Made by a program: the position numbers and the translations under genes
Source: Lama glama
Lineage: Eukaryota
Assembly (NCBI GenBank): GCA_028534125.1
Contig: CM052818.1
Coordinates: 34,660,001 to 34,724,000 of the forward strand
DNA: 64,000 nucleotides
Reading direction: 5' to 3'
The notes under the pieces: generated by a model
What the model saw: only the letters and a program-made list of their open reading frames with translations
Told to the model about the DNA's origin: nothing
The model's database searches: none
Shown: piece after piece, positions 1 to 12,724 of the stretch
How positions within the stretch are numbered: the stretch's first letter is position 1
Layout of the letters: every line of letters starts with the position of its first letter

Positions 1-1769
1 CTTCTGCACTGAAAGTCAACTGTCTTTCAGTGTCTTACTACAGAAACCTAATTACTACTCTGCGTGTACACCCCTTTCAGGAGTTACTCTGAATAACTGC
101 CAGGTTTCCAACTGTAGCTCTCAGATTTACCTCTAGGGAAGATGAAGAAATTGAACTGGCTCAAAAGTAATTTTTCCACCAGCTACTTTTTTAGTACAAT
201 CTTTTCTCTGTATCTCTTTGCTGTAGTATATAGGGTCACATCAGAGAATAAAAATCTCTTTCAAGTGCTTTGGGTCTTTATTTATGGAATCATCTTCCTC
301 AGACACTGTTTTAATTCAATCAGCATTTATAAAGCACTCCCCGTCAAAGTCCACGCAATGGGAATGTATGATCTTCAGGAAGAAAAGGTTTCTTGGTACA
401 ATTCACATTCCAGTAATACTGACCACACAGATTTTTCCTTTGGGCACCTTTGGATTCATATTTTCTAATACGAACACAGTACTGAGTAAAGAACCTTCTA
501 CTGGAAGAAGTTTAGGTTATAAAAACCTGTGCCCCGCCTCCACCACTTGTTTAAAAGAAGCCTCATTATAACTAAAATAACATCAACAAACTATATTTTA
601 GTGAACACTGGACGCTTGCTAAATTGACCTTTGTTTTCCAGAATGATAGGAAATCTGCTGTCAGATTCAGGAAGTGAGTCAGACAACGGAAAAGGGAAAA
701 AGATAGGAACGGAAAAATCACACTGTTGATTTCCCGTAATTTAGGATATCCATCTAGTTGGAAATTTAAATCGAGGGAAGACTGCTTATTTTTTTAAAAA
801 GTAGATTCTGTATTACAGACTCTGCCACCAATTAAACAGCTATTCTCCCGGCACTCACCAAAAAGCCACAGCCTAGTAAGGAAAAAGTTTTGTACGTCAA
901 TATTTACAGTGCAGAAGAGACAACAGAAAGAGGGTAGAGCTTAAGGGAAAACAAGAGGTATCTGGGTTAATAAACTTCATTAGTGAAAGCTGAATAGCCC
1001 TGGACTGGGTTAAATTCCCACTTAAAATTTTAAGACCAGTCAGCACCTCAGTTCGCAATGGTACGGCACAATATTGCTTGAAAGCAGAGGAATATACTAT
1101 ATGACCTTCTAAGGTTCCTTACGGTTATCCCAATTCCAGTTTGACAAGATTAGTTATGATGTTTCTCAGTTATTCATTCGTTCCACAAATGTTTGCTGGA
1201 AGCCTAATCACAACAGCCCTGTGCTCAGGCCATGGTGGTCTGTAAGACAAGTCTAACCACTTGAGGATTACATTCTCATGGGGAGACACCTAAAGAACTA
1301 ATTCCATGAAGAAGCAGAGGTGCTATGAGAGCACACTTAAGGGGAAAGGTGTACTTAGGGAATGCTTCTCTGAGAAAGTAACATTTAAGATGTGAAGATG
1401 AACATAAATGAGAGGAGCTACATTCCTGGCAGATGTAACAATACTATTTAAACACTTCCTCCCTGGAGCAAGATCTAAAGGATCGAAAAAAAGTAGATGG
1501 GGAAGATGACTCTTAATGCTGGGAGGGGTAGACAGTGAGTAGCAAGATATGAAGCTGAGGACACAGACGAGGGCAGATCATTCAGAGCCATGCTAATCAT
1601 GCTGTGGATTTTTGGACTTGATTCCAAGAGCAGTGGGAAGACAATGGAAAATTTTAAGCAAACGAGTGACATGACCAGATGCACATTTTTAAAAAAAGAT
1701 CACTATGAAGCATAGAGAAAGGACAGAAGGGCAAAAGTGGATGTGGGTGAGCAACCAAATAAAGTAGTA

Positions 1770-2530
1770 TTGGATTATAACCCAAAGTGTAAAGTAAGTG
1801 TCCATGAAGCCATACTGATATAGATAAATGACTGAATTAATATACATGGGGAAGAAAAGACAAATCCTCCAGGCAGAAGTCCCAATAAATTATGTCGCTA
1901 CTCTGCCCTCAAGAAGGTGAAGCATAACTCTCCACTCCTTAAGTGAGGGCTGTGCATAGTGACTTTCTTCCAGAGAGTAACTATCCTGACAAACATAGGG
2001 AGGTGATCAAAGTCAATATTAACAGTAGTAAGTCTGCTGACAGAATGTATTCTTCATATGATGCAATGAGAGAGACACTTCTCTGTGGTCTTCCTCCCCA
2101 AAACCCATAATCTTGTCTAACCATAAGAAGAACATCATACAAATCCAACTGATGAACATTCCACAAAATATCTGACTGGAACTCAAAATTATCAAGGTTA
2201 TCAAAAACAAGAAAAGTCTGAGAAGTGGTCATAGCCAATAGGAGCCTATGGAGACATGACAACTAAATGTGATGTGGTATCCCGGACAAGAGCCTAGAAT
2301 AGAAGAAGAACATCAGGTGAAAACTAAGGAAATCTGAATAAAGTATGGACTTCAGTTAATAATAATGTGTAAATGTTGCTTCATTAATTGTGACAAACAT
2401 ACCATACAAATGTAAGATGTCAATAACAGGGAAACTAGGTGTGGAGTATATGGGAACTCTGACTGCACCTTTATAATTTCCTGTAAATCTATTCCAAAAT
2501 ATTCCAGAACTATTCTAAAATTAAAAGAAT
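1770..2530 (+). mobile_element. Old L1 (L1MC-type) 3' end, nested in an L2 remnant (~1170-1760 and ~2540-2780)
   Basis: Recognisable L1MC 3' UTR motifs (ggattataacccaaag, aaatgtaagatgtcaataacagggaaact); L2-like flanks. Confidence 0.65.
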
Positions 2531-2929
2531 AAATTATATGTGGGGAGAGCGGTAACGGAAGTACCTTTCTAGTTCAGGCTAAAAATGACAGGACACACAG
2601 GACCTGGTGATTCACTGGCTGGTGGGTGTGGTAGAGGAATCAGTAGTGAAAGTAACAGTAGTAACAAAGGCGGAAAGGTTACTGCCCGGATTTCAGGCTT
2701 GGACAACTGACTGGATGGACAGTGGAGTCATTCATTCACTGAGGAGGGAGCAGTGGAGAACAGTACTTGATGGGAAGTTAACAACCAGCATTTACTGAAG
2801 GCCCACTACCTACTAGGCGCTTCTCCAATTCTCACAGTCCTTTGGCACGGTGTAGACTATAATTTGGCCCAAAGCCAAATAAAGAAATTTGATTTTAGTA
2901 TCAGGTTTGGTATCAAGTTTACATGCTTT

Positions 2930-4180
2930 CCAAAGCCCGCGCTCTTTCCACTACACAGCTCCAGTTCCTGCCTGTGCACATTTACTTCTCCGGCCGCCCA
3001 GGCGCCTCTTCACTGGGAGTGGAAGCGAGCGCATCAGCAGTATGGCCCCAGTAGTCACTCCCCGCTCCCCGGGCCTCATCTGCCAAATGAGCCTCTCTAT
3101 CTCTGAAGTTGCGTGCAAGAGAGCCGGACGGCAACTTCATTAAAATGAAGACAATTAAGACACTACTGAACGGAACTGCATCACCTTTCAGGGGGTTAAA
3201 AATATTAATAATAACGAAGTTAAAGAAGCGAAGACTCCTCTAGTGGAGGAGTCTCCCAAGGAAAAGGCAATTCCCCGGGAGGGTGCCGAGTCGGAGCGGC
3301 GGGCCTAGGGTGCTCGCACGCACCCCGACCCCAAAGCCCCAGCACTCGGCAGGACCTCCAGAGAAACTGCCGCCAGCCCGCCGGAGCCATGCGGCACAAG
3401 GTGACACAGACGGCGCCGGCCCCTTAGGCGCCTAGGAGAGGCCGAGAACCAGCAAGGAGAGGGGAGTCCGCGGGACCCGCACTACCTTGTACTTATCAAA
3501 GCCAGCCAGCTGCTCCGGGCTCACGTATTCGTAACCAGCCATGACGACCCGGACACCGAGCGCCCACCCGGCAGCGACTCTCCGCGACGAGGTGGGGAAA
3601 CACGAGCTCCACACCGGCTGGGTAAAGCTGGGCGGACCTGGGCTGGCAAAGGAGCTGGAGGAGCCGGGCTCCGCCCACCGCGCACGCGTAGCCGCCAGGG
3701 CCACTTCCGCCGCCTCCCAGTGCGCAAGCGCAGCCCCCACTTCTCCCCGCCCACCGAGGGAGGGGCGCTAGCCCGCTCACGCGGTCCCTTCGCGCCGTCG
3801 CAGTCCAATCAGTGTGGATGGGGAACCACTAAGTCCCGCCTTCCAGGTCTCCTGGTCACTTCATTCGCTAGCGTCAAAATTGGTGAGTTGAGGTAAGGCA
3901 AGAGGGGAGGTGAAAGGTCAGTTTCCCAGGAGGCCTTGCTCTTCGTCCCTGGGGAGTGGCGTCGATTATGTGGCATCTGCGCCTGGGTAGAGATTTGGGG
4001 ACACCTTTTTAGTCTTGGGAGGTAGGTGATTGCGTGCGAACCAGTTCAGCAGTGCGTCAGGGAAGAGGGCTTAGTTCTCTCAAGCCTTGACGTAAAAGCA
4101 GAAACAGAGTCTGTATCTAGCCCGCTTCGCCAACTGGCACCGTGCGCTGCACGCAGTAGCTTAGTGAACGTGATTTGCCA
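2930..4180. promoter_or_regulatory. CpG-island promoter of SELENOI, probably bidirectional
   Basis: Dense CpG. ETS-type ACTTCCG 3703-3709, NRF1-like TGCGCAAGCGCA 3721-3732, GC box CCCCGCCC 3745-3752, CCAAT 3805-3809. Confidence 0.88.
3486..3542 (-). CDS. SELENOI: SELENOI (EPT1, ethanolaminephosphotransferase 1) coding exon 1; the rest of the gene lies left of the window
   Basis: Translates [19 protein letters not shown], the known SELENOI N-terminus. ATG at 3542-3540, donor AAG|GTAGT at 3485, inside a CpG island. Confidence 0.96.
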
Positions 4181-5824
4181 TAGAGAAGCCAGTTGAAGGC
4201 TCGGTGAGAGGCTTTTTGCAGTTAATAAAGGGGCGTGAAAGAACATTGGAGACAAAGCCTTTGGGTCCGTTGTTTATGAACCTTGGACCGCCTCGCCACG
4301 CTCTGCCTGCTTTGTCACTTTGTTCCTAGTGAAGATTGACAGTGTCTCCCGAGCAGATAAAAGCGCTGATCTCTGAGTCTTTAGGGTTCCTTAAATGCTT
4401 TTGCAGGAAGTGCGTTTACATAACTGGAGCCAAATGTAGAAAGAACACTAAATCAATGGCTAGTGTGTATCAGCATAATAATAAAACTTAATAGTAATGG
4501 TTGCTACCATTTTTTGAGCGCCTTCTATATGGGGAACTTAACTTATCGCCAACTCCCCATAACAACACTATGAGATGGAAAGCATTTTCCCCACTTTGCA
4601 GATCAGGAAGTCAAAATTCAGATTACCTAACCTGCCCAGGATCTTTAATTACACAGCTCCGAATTGGTCAACCTAACATGAAATGAGGCCTTCAGTATCG
4701 AAAGCCACCACCTAAGGGAGCCTCTGAATCTCTCTGGGACTTTGCAACAAGGGCAGTTATTTTGAGATTCCTTACATTCATTTATTCAACAGATATTTTC
4801 TGGGGACGCTTTATGTCAAGTGTATATTTCTGTGTATATCTTATCTCCCCTGGAAAAGTTTAAGATTCATGACCAGACACCAGATAAGACAGCACCATGA
4901 TCTTGGACTTTCCAACATCCAGAACTGTGAAAAATAAATTTCTATTATTTAAAAAAATAATAATGAAGTTTAAGGTTCTTACAAGGTAAGAGATATAAAG
5001 CATTGTCATCATAATTGGTGCATGGTAGATGATCAATAAACTTGGGTGTCAGTTTCCCTCATTTGCCTAAGGAGAAGATTGTATTTAAACCTCTTGATTT
5101 TCCTCATGTTCTGTAGCCCAGCAGCTTGCAAACAATATGTGATCAGTACATTTTGTTGAATGAAAGAGCAAAAATCTCTGATATGTTGTGAAGTGCACTG
5201 GAAATGTGAATCTCCTTTTAAGTAGGAAGTTGGCTTTAATGAAAGGAAAACTATGAAACCACGTCCTTGGACATAAAAGTATTTCCTTTGTGCAGGTACT
5301 GTATTTAAATCCAATAAGAAAACCAAATTGATACATCTTTATGCTAAATAGAGTTTTAGACAATCTGTTAATTAGACTGAGGCTATTCTTCCAAGTAATA
5401 CACTATAGATTTCCTGTTACATGTTTCTTCTAACTGCTATTAAGAGAAAAAAACCTCTTACCAAATGATTTTAAATATAAGACCTGTGCTTACCCATCTG
5501 AAATACAAACTTCATACTTGTAAAAGATGTTTAGTTAATAGTGACAAGCCATAAAATGTGGCTAGAGTACAGCCTAATGGTAGTTCATAAGCTGCACTTA
5601 GTGTTAATCACTTCAAATGTATGCAAACTCAAAATTACATTTCTGATTTTGTAAAATTTTTTTCTGCCTCTCTGATATTTTCTTCAAAAGGAATTTTTTT
5701 TCAAAAGGAGTATTTTTAAAAGAGCATCTTTTAATTTTGTGAAAGCAGTCACAGTTTGCTTCCTCTCTTCTGCGGAAGATTTTAACAAGTTTGAATCAAT
5801 TATGAGTCAGTCTGAGAATTTCTA

Positions 5825-6005
5825 TATATACATATTTATTGCAGTGTAGTCGTTTACAATGTGTCAATTTCTGGTGTATAGCATAATGCTTCAGTCATAC
5901 ATGAACATACATCTATTCATTTTCATATTCTTTTTCACCACAAGTTACTATAAGATATTGAATGTAGTTCTCTGTGCTATAAGGTATGAACTTGTTATAT
6001 ATCTA
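5825..6005 (-). mobile_element. Short 5'-truncated L1 3' end with target-site duplication
   Basis: TSD TGAGAATTTCTA at 5813-5824 and 6006-6017; L1 3' UTR-type sequence between them. Confidence 0.8.
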
Positions 6006-6425
6006 TGAGAATTTCTAAATTGAAACAACATAGAACATTGTTTATACTTTGACATCTGCCACATATTGGCTGTGTGATCCTAGACAACTCACTTTACCTA
6101 ACCTTGTTCTCTCTCTCTTTTTTTTTAATGAACGTTAGACTTAAATCTCTAAGATCCTATTCATATCTGAAATGTAATTGAACTGTATCATTTACCTTCT
6201 CTATGATTAAATCAACTGATCTGTAAAGTGATCGTAATTCTTGTCCTGCCTTGTTACATAAAGCATGTGAAGTGATATGGTGTAAGCCTGTTAAATTAAG
6301 CCCATACAAATATATTATTTTTCCAAAACTCCATGAATCCTAGACCTAGGTGAGTTTTACCAGACACTCTCACCTGGAAAGGGAAAATTGTCAAGTAAAC
6401 AAATTTGCCTTTGCGAGTGAATCAC

Positions 6426-6663
6426 CTTCCTGTCGCCTGTTTCCTGAATTCCATTCCAGCGCGCATTCAAGCCCAGGACAGCCCAGAGCTTTCAGGGGCC
6501 GCTTCATCTTGGCCCGGCTGTTCCATTCTATGTCCTGTGCTGTCTTTTCCTTCAGCACCACAATACTGAGCGTAGTTTATTATTGCCTTGCTTTCCTGGT
6601 TTGCTTCCTCATCCGTTGAAGCTTCTCTTCTATATCTCATACACTCAGCATCAGGCTTTTGGC
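6426..6663 (-). pseudogene. Decayed ODF2-family-like remnant, segment D (C-terminal)
   Basis: DIEEKLQRM/EEAN...NYAQY, versus recalled ODF2 DLKDRLEQSESTN...NYVQF. Contains in-frame stops and a frameshift. Confidence 0.55.
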
Positions 6664-7157
6664 CTTCCAGAATGATAATCATAAAAGACGTTTGTGTTAG
6701 AAACAGTCTTATCACCTTTGTAATATAACCTAGGGAAGAAAAGTTTTAATTCCTAGAATTCCTGTTCATCTGAAGTGAAAGGATATTGGATAAATGGAGA
6801 TATCTAGAAAATTGGGAGTAAGTTAAGGACAAATATAGTTAATAACTCAAATATAAGTTATTAAAGTCATAAAAATGGACAAGGTTTCCCTAGGAAGCTT
6901 GTAAAAAGATACTGATTGGGCTTTTACCTTTAAATAATAACAATGCCTGATACTCATAAACTCTGGTTCCCAAAGCAATTTGACATCTCACTAGATCATC
7001 CTAACAACTCTGCACCATGGCTGGGTAGCTGTTCTAATTGTACAGAACAACAAAATTACATATCTTGCCCAAAAGTTTATGGTAAAACCAGAATAAGAGC
7101 ACAAGTCATCAAACTTTTAGTTGACCATGCTTCTACAAGTTACCATGGTAAGATTTT

Positions 7158-7239
7158 AGAAAGAAAAAGAAAGGAAGGAAGAAAAGAAAGGAAGGAAGGA
7201 AAGAAGGAAGGAAGGAAGGAAGGAAGGAAGGAAAGAAAG

Positions 7240-7294
<55 letters not shown>

Positions 7295-7402
7295 AGGGAA
7301 GAAAGAAAGGAAGAAAGAAAGGAAGAAAGAAAGAAAGAAAGAGGAAGGGAGAAAGAAAAGGAAGGAAGAAAGAAGGAAGGGAGGAAGAGAGAAAAAAGAA
7401 AA
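7158..7402 (+). repeat. Polypurine (GAAA)n/(GGAA)n simple repeat
   Basis: About 245 bp composed of A and G. Confidence 0.97.
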
Positions 7403-7469
7403 TTCAGAAGTTTTTAGTCAAGTCTGGGAGGAAAAAAAGTAGGAAAGAACTGAACAGTCATTAAGTTGT

Positions 7470-7632
7470 CTATTTTTTTAATTTTTATTTATTGATATTA
7501 TTTGGGGGGGGCGGAATTAGGTTTGTTTGTGTATTTATTTATTTATTTTTTTTTTAGAGGAAGTACTGGAGATGGAACTTAGAACCTCATGCATGCTAAC
7601 CATGGGCTCTGCCACTTGAGCTATACCCTCCC
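7470..7632 (-). mobile_element. tRNA-derived SINE (camelid Vic-1-like)
   Basis: Reverse strand begins GGGAGGGTATAGCTCAAGTGGCAGAG (A box); body contains AAACCTAATT-CCCCC; A-rich tail. Confidence 0.82.
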
Positions 7633-9339
7633 TTCTTGTGTATTGTTTCTTAAAAACAAAATTCCCTGGCTGGAGTAAACCTTAGGTTGGGTTTTGTCTG
7701 CCCAATTTTTGCTGTATTTTACATTTTTCAAACATAGTTCTACTAGATAGGAATGTATAGAGGACTCTATTTGAGTGGGTAATCAATCAAACTCTTTATC
7801 ACAAAAAAGGGCTGCACAGTGTACTGAGATGCAGCATAAACTAATGCTGCTTTGTACCTTCTACTTCCCACGTCAGTGGAGGAGGGTGTTATAATCCCAC
7901 CAGCCTCTCAGTGGTTTTCTGGTCATTTTTGTGCCCTTCACCTTTGAACACCAAATCAATGGTGTCAATAGTCATTCAAAACCAGGAGAAGCAGTGTAAA
8001 GGTTCAGAGAGACCTAGAGGCTGGGTGTGATATGATGTAAGAATAAAATCCAAACCCTATATATACTTGCCATTCTTGTTGTGAAAATGAGTGATTATTT
8101 CTCTTTTATATCCATTATTCATGAGTGTGAATGTTAAATAAAAGGAGGCTTATTTTTAAAAACTGATCTCAGCAAAGTTTTACACTGCACAAAGTCTTAT
8201 TGTCAGCATTCTTTGAAGTTCTGATAGTGACTCAACCTCTGAATCTTCTGAGCAGAGAGAGAATTGATACCTCTCTTAAATACACATCCTTCTCCCCATT
8301 AGTACTACACTAAAATGGAAGCAGAACTCCAGGTAAACCAAGTACAAATCATTCAGATGGGTAGCCATAGAGGCATCACCCCTATCATGCCTGTCTCCTT
8401 ATTCCTGTTTGCCTCATCTAATGTCAGGTCTGCAAATATAACCAAATGTAATTTCCTTCCTTCCTTCCTTCCTTCCTCCAATTTCATATAGCCATGCAAG
8501 GGACTCCGTTTTTGAGTAGGGATCATTTTTGTCTTCATAAAACTTTGAGATCATTGGAGCTGAGATTGATGGTTATTTAGTGTTGGTGGAAGAGAAAAGT
8601 ACTAGCAAAAAAAAAAAACCTGAAGAGTTTAAGAGAAGCAAGTGAGTAGGAAAGTTTGCCATGATCCATTTTCCTGTAAGAATCCTCAAAAACCTGGGGC
8701 AGGGGTTCAGGCAATAATTGCCAACATAGATATCTACTAAGTAAGACTCTGAGTTCTTTCCTTATATGCCCAACGCTATGCAGGCTGCTTGACCAACTCT
8801 AGCAGAAGTTAGAAAACAAGACATACAAATATGAAACAGTGTGTAAAAGTAGCAGCTTCGTTATCTCTTCGTGTATCCTTATTGAACAGTAACTGTACAC
8901 CAAATCCAGATACCATGACAGACCTTGGAGATACAAAGTTGGACAGCATTTGGACCTCAGGCAAGGTATAGTTATTACTCCATTCTGTGAATAACCAGTC
9001 TTATCCAATGCCCTGGCTCTTCATAGATGTGCTCTTTTGACCTTCCTCCCCTAACCCCTCCTCTCCTTTTTAAAAAATTCACCGTTAAAGTTGAGGTATT
9101 TTGTCTTAGGTCGAGAATTAACTTAAAGACAAGAAACAAATGGTTGGAATCAAAAGAAAACTAAGTAAACACTTTGAGATCTCACAGAGATTGACTTAAT
9201 ATTTTGATGAATAATCTAGAAGGTAGGATACAGAAACAACTCTCTGAGTAGACTAATGAGACTTAGACTTTCATAACGAAATGCCGTATCAGCAGGCATA
9301 AGCTACAAGAGAACACATTTTCAAAAACTTAAGCAGATA

Positions 9340-9720
9340 TCAAAGTGATTTATTGCCACATAACAAATCACTCAAAACTTAATAGCCTAAATTAATAACC
9401 ATTTTATTTACTCATAATTCTGTGGGTCAGGAATTTGGGCTGGGCCTAGCTGAGCAGTTCTGCTGGTCTTGCTGGTCTTATTATTCCAAGAGGGCATAAG
9501 TAGAAGCTACGAGGCCTTTCAAGGCTGAAGCTCAGATGTCACTCAGTGTTACTTCTGTCTCACGCTACCAGGCAAAGCAAATCACAAGGCCAGCCCAGAT
9601 TCATGGGAAGGGAAACAGATTCCACCTCTTAATGGATGGAATGGCAAAGTTACTTGGCCACAGGGCCTGCACAGAAGGATGGGAGGAATTACTGCAACCA
9701 TCTTTGTGAACAATCTACCA
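9340..9720 (+). mobile_element. MaLR LTR (MLT1-type)
   Basis: tattgccacataacaaatcactcaaaactta...tgtgggtcaggaatttggg...aaggccagcccagattca. Confidence 0.75.
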
Positions 9721-10127
9721 ATCCAGATTAGCTGCTAAAAGACAAGACAGTAAGTTTCATTAGGAAGAGATTTGGAAACCACTGAATTAGACTTGAATTA
9801 TTTTAAGGTATTCAGAAAAACAATGGCAAAAAGAAATCAAATCAGTAGAATTCCTTATCACAAGGCTTTGTTTAGTCAACCTAAGCTGTCCCTTACTTCC
9901 AAACCTCCACTTACTCCTCAGCCCACTCCAGTCTGGTTTCCAGTCCCACCAGCCCCACTGAAATGGCTGCTTCCGGGCTCCTCCACTTTGTTCCCAAATC
10001 AAATGGACAGAGCTTCTTATTTGACTTTTTATCAGCTTATACACTGCCTACTGTTATTTCCTTGCAACTCCCTCCTCCTTTGATTGAGTTACTCTTGTCC
10101 TTATTCTTCTCTTTCTGACCCTGACCC

Positions 10128-10132
<5 letters not shown>

Positions 10133-10166
<34 letters not shown>
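10133..10166 (+). repeat. (CA)n microsatellite
   Basis: Perfect AC repeat. Confidence 0.97.
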
Positions 10167-10168
<2 letters not shown>

Positions 10169-10819
10169 TCTCCCAGGAATAGGATTATTCATAAATCCTC
10201 AGTCACTTCAGGCTGTACTTTTTGAAGCTCCTAGTCCTTTGTTCCTGCCTGGCTAACTCCCTCTGAGTCTTCAAGATTCATCTTAAGTTTCATTACCACC
10301 TGCCCTTACTAGGCAGTTCTGTTCCTCTGTGTTTCTACAGCATCCTGTGCATACTTCTCCCTTCATAATCATATGTTATGAAATTATCTATGTTCTTATC
10401 TATCTTACTGGACTATAAGTGGTTGGTGGGTAATGACCACATCTGTATACTCCTGAACCTAGCATAATGCCTCGTACTCAATAAGCCCTCAGTAAGCTTT
10501 TGTTGAGTTAAATTGATATGATGAAATAAAGGACTATTCCGTGCTGGCAGCAACAAATGCTATAAAACTCTTCATATTCAATGACATAGTAATCCCACTT
10601 TGGAAGAATATATTTCCAGGAAATAATCCAAAAACAAAGAATCTTGTTGCAAAGATTTATAAGAAGCCATATTTATAATTACAGAGGGAAAATGCATGCA
10701 ATCAACATTCCCAATGAAATAAGAACCCAAACTATAAGCCACGGTAAATCAACGAGATAAAAATATACAGTCATTAAAAAGATAAACGAGTGGGTGCATA
10801 AACATGGGGGGAAGCTCCA

Positions 10820-11478
10820 GAAAATAACAAGTGTTGGCAAAGATGAGAAGAAATTAGAATCTTTATGCATTGCAGGAGGGATTGTAAAATGGTGCAGCTT
10901 CTGTGGAAAAATGTTTGACAGGTCTCCCAAAGTTAAACATAGAGTTAGCATATGATCCAGCAGTTCCATTTCTAGGTATATACCCTAAAATTTGTACATG
11001 AATGTTCATAGCAGCATTATTCATAATAGCCATAAAATGGAAACAACCCAAAGGTCCATCAACTGATGAACAGATAAACAAAATATGTATATACCTACAA
11101 TGGAATGTTATTCCCCCATAAAAAGGGGTGAAGGGCTGATACATGCCACAATTTGGATGAACCTTAAAAACATTATACTAAGTGAAAGAAGCCAAACACA
11201 AAAGGCCATATATTGTATAATTTCATTTATATGAAATGTCCAGAATAGGCAAATCTATACAAATAGAAAATAAATTAGTGGTTGCCAGGGGATAAGGATG
11301 AGGAGGATTGGGAATAGGTACTAACAGGTATGGGGTTTCTTTCTGGGGTGATGAGAATGTTCTGAACTAGATAGTGACAGCAGTTGCACGATATTGTGAA
11401 TATACTAAAAACCAGGGAAATGTACTCTTTAGAATGGTGAATTTTATGCTAAGCGAATTTTAGCTCAATAAAAAAAGG
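10820..11478 (+). mobile_element. L1MB-type 3' fragment (ORF2 end plus 3' UTR)
   Basis: aaataacaagtgttggc...tatgatccagcagttcc...ctcaataaaaaaa. Confidence 0.85.
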
Positions 11479-12419
11479 CAAAGTGGATTATTTTGTGTTA
11501 CGTTAAAAAGAAAAGCACAAAATAACACATACAAACTTCTTACAACCAAAAGTGTATTAATAACCATGGGAAAGACAGAGGAATATCATGAATTGGGTAT
11601 TTTAGTTTAATGGGGCTTTTTATCATTTTAGGTGAAGTTGTTTAAAATTTAGTACTTTTACAGGCATTCCTGCTAGAACATTATAGCAAATTGTACAAAG
11701 ATAAAATAGTATAACTATAAAGTTCTAAAATATAGTATAAAACTATAAATTTCTATGATTATATAAAGTAGAGGGGAGAGGTCATTGTGTTAATAGCGTG
11801 GTAGTTAAGGATAATCTCTATTTTATTGGACGTGATCATAAGGATTTGATGTGAGCCTCAGCAAATTACTCATATTGGATTTCTCTTTCTAGTTTGGCAT
11901 GAGAATAGGCAAGGAAAAGGCTAAAGAGATAATTTGAGAAGCAAGCTTTTGAGGTAGCTGCCAGCAATTCCCTCTTGAAAGCAGAAGGTCGGTAATCGGC
12001 TGAAAGTGAAATAACAGCTTCTCTAGGGAAATTTGAAGAGTGAAGGCATTTAAATGGACTCTAGAGCCCAAAGTACTAGCAAGGAATGAGCCTTGTAAAT
12101 AAGAAAATAGGTAAAAACCAAAGGGAGAATTAAGTAGGATAAAGCACTTTTTGGAGGTATTTTTTTAAATCCCATCTTTGTACAGGCACAGCCCTTTAAA
12201 TTTTTTAAAGTGCTAGGAGTAAAGAATTTTCTTTTAGAAATAAAGCCTAGGTGTGAGTCAGAAGAAATAATTTTCTCATAAGAGAAAGCATCTGTGGCTG
12301 GAGTCCCTGAGGTGGCCACCGCCGCTGACCCCTCCCTGGGGAGGAACTGCTTTGGAAAGGTGACCGAGAAGATGAGGAGCTGGACCAGGGGGAGACAGGA
12401 GCTGGGTGTGACCACGGCG

Positions 12420-12724
12420 GGGAGATTGTGGAGTCTGACAGAGATGTTCCCTGAGAGGCTCCAGTCCAAGGCAGGAACCGCTTTTCACCTCTCCCTCCTT
12501 GTGGTTCACACTGTTATGTGCCGGTTTTCCAGAGCAGCCTTGTGGGTTGAGGCCACTTCCTTCCTGCCCCTGCCTCTTCCCGCTGTCTTCCAGGTTGAAG
12601 AGCTGCCGTGCAGCAGTGGCAGGTCCTTCCAGGGCCCCACGGGGCAGGGCTTCAGGGAGGAATGCAGGGACTCTACCCTCCCTTCCTGGAAAGCTCCAGA
12701 TTGCTCCTGCGATACTTGAGGTGA
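12420..12724 (-). pseudogene. Decayed ODF2-family-like remnant, segment C
   Basis: NLE..RVESLHSS..TAARQL..LEDSGKRQ..KEVA..AALENR..LEPLR, versus recalled ODF2 NIE..REEAIHQS..TLARQL..IEDARRQ..KEHA..AAQNK..LSQLR. Confidence 0.6.

Noticed and set aside
142..571. Two overlapping ~100-aa plus-strand ORFs in SELENOI intron 1
   Set aside because: No recognisable product or exon signals; length consistent with chance.
6943..7464. 173-aa K/E/R-rich ORF
   Set aside because: Artefact of translating the stop-free (GAAA/GGAA)n repeat.
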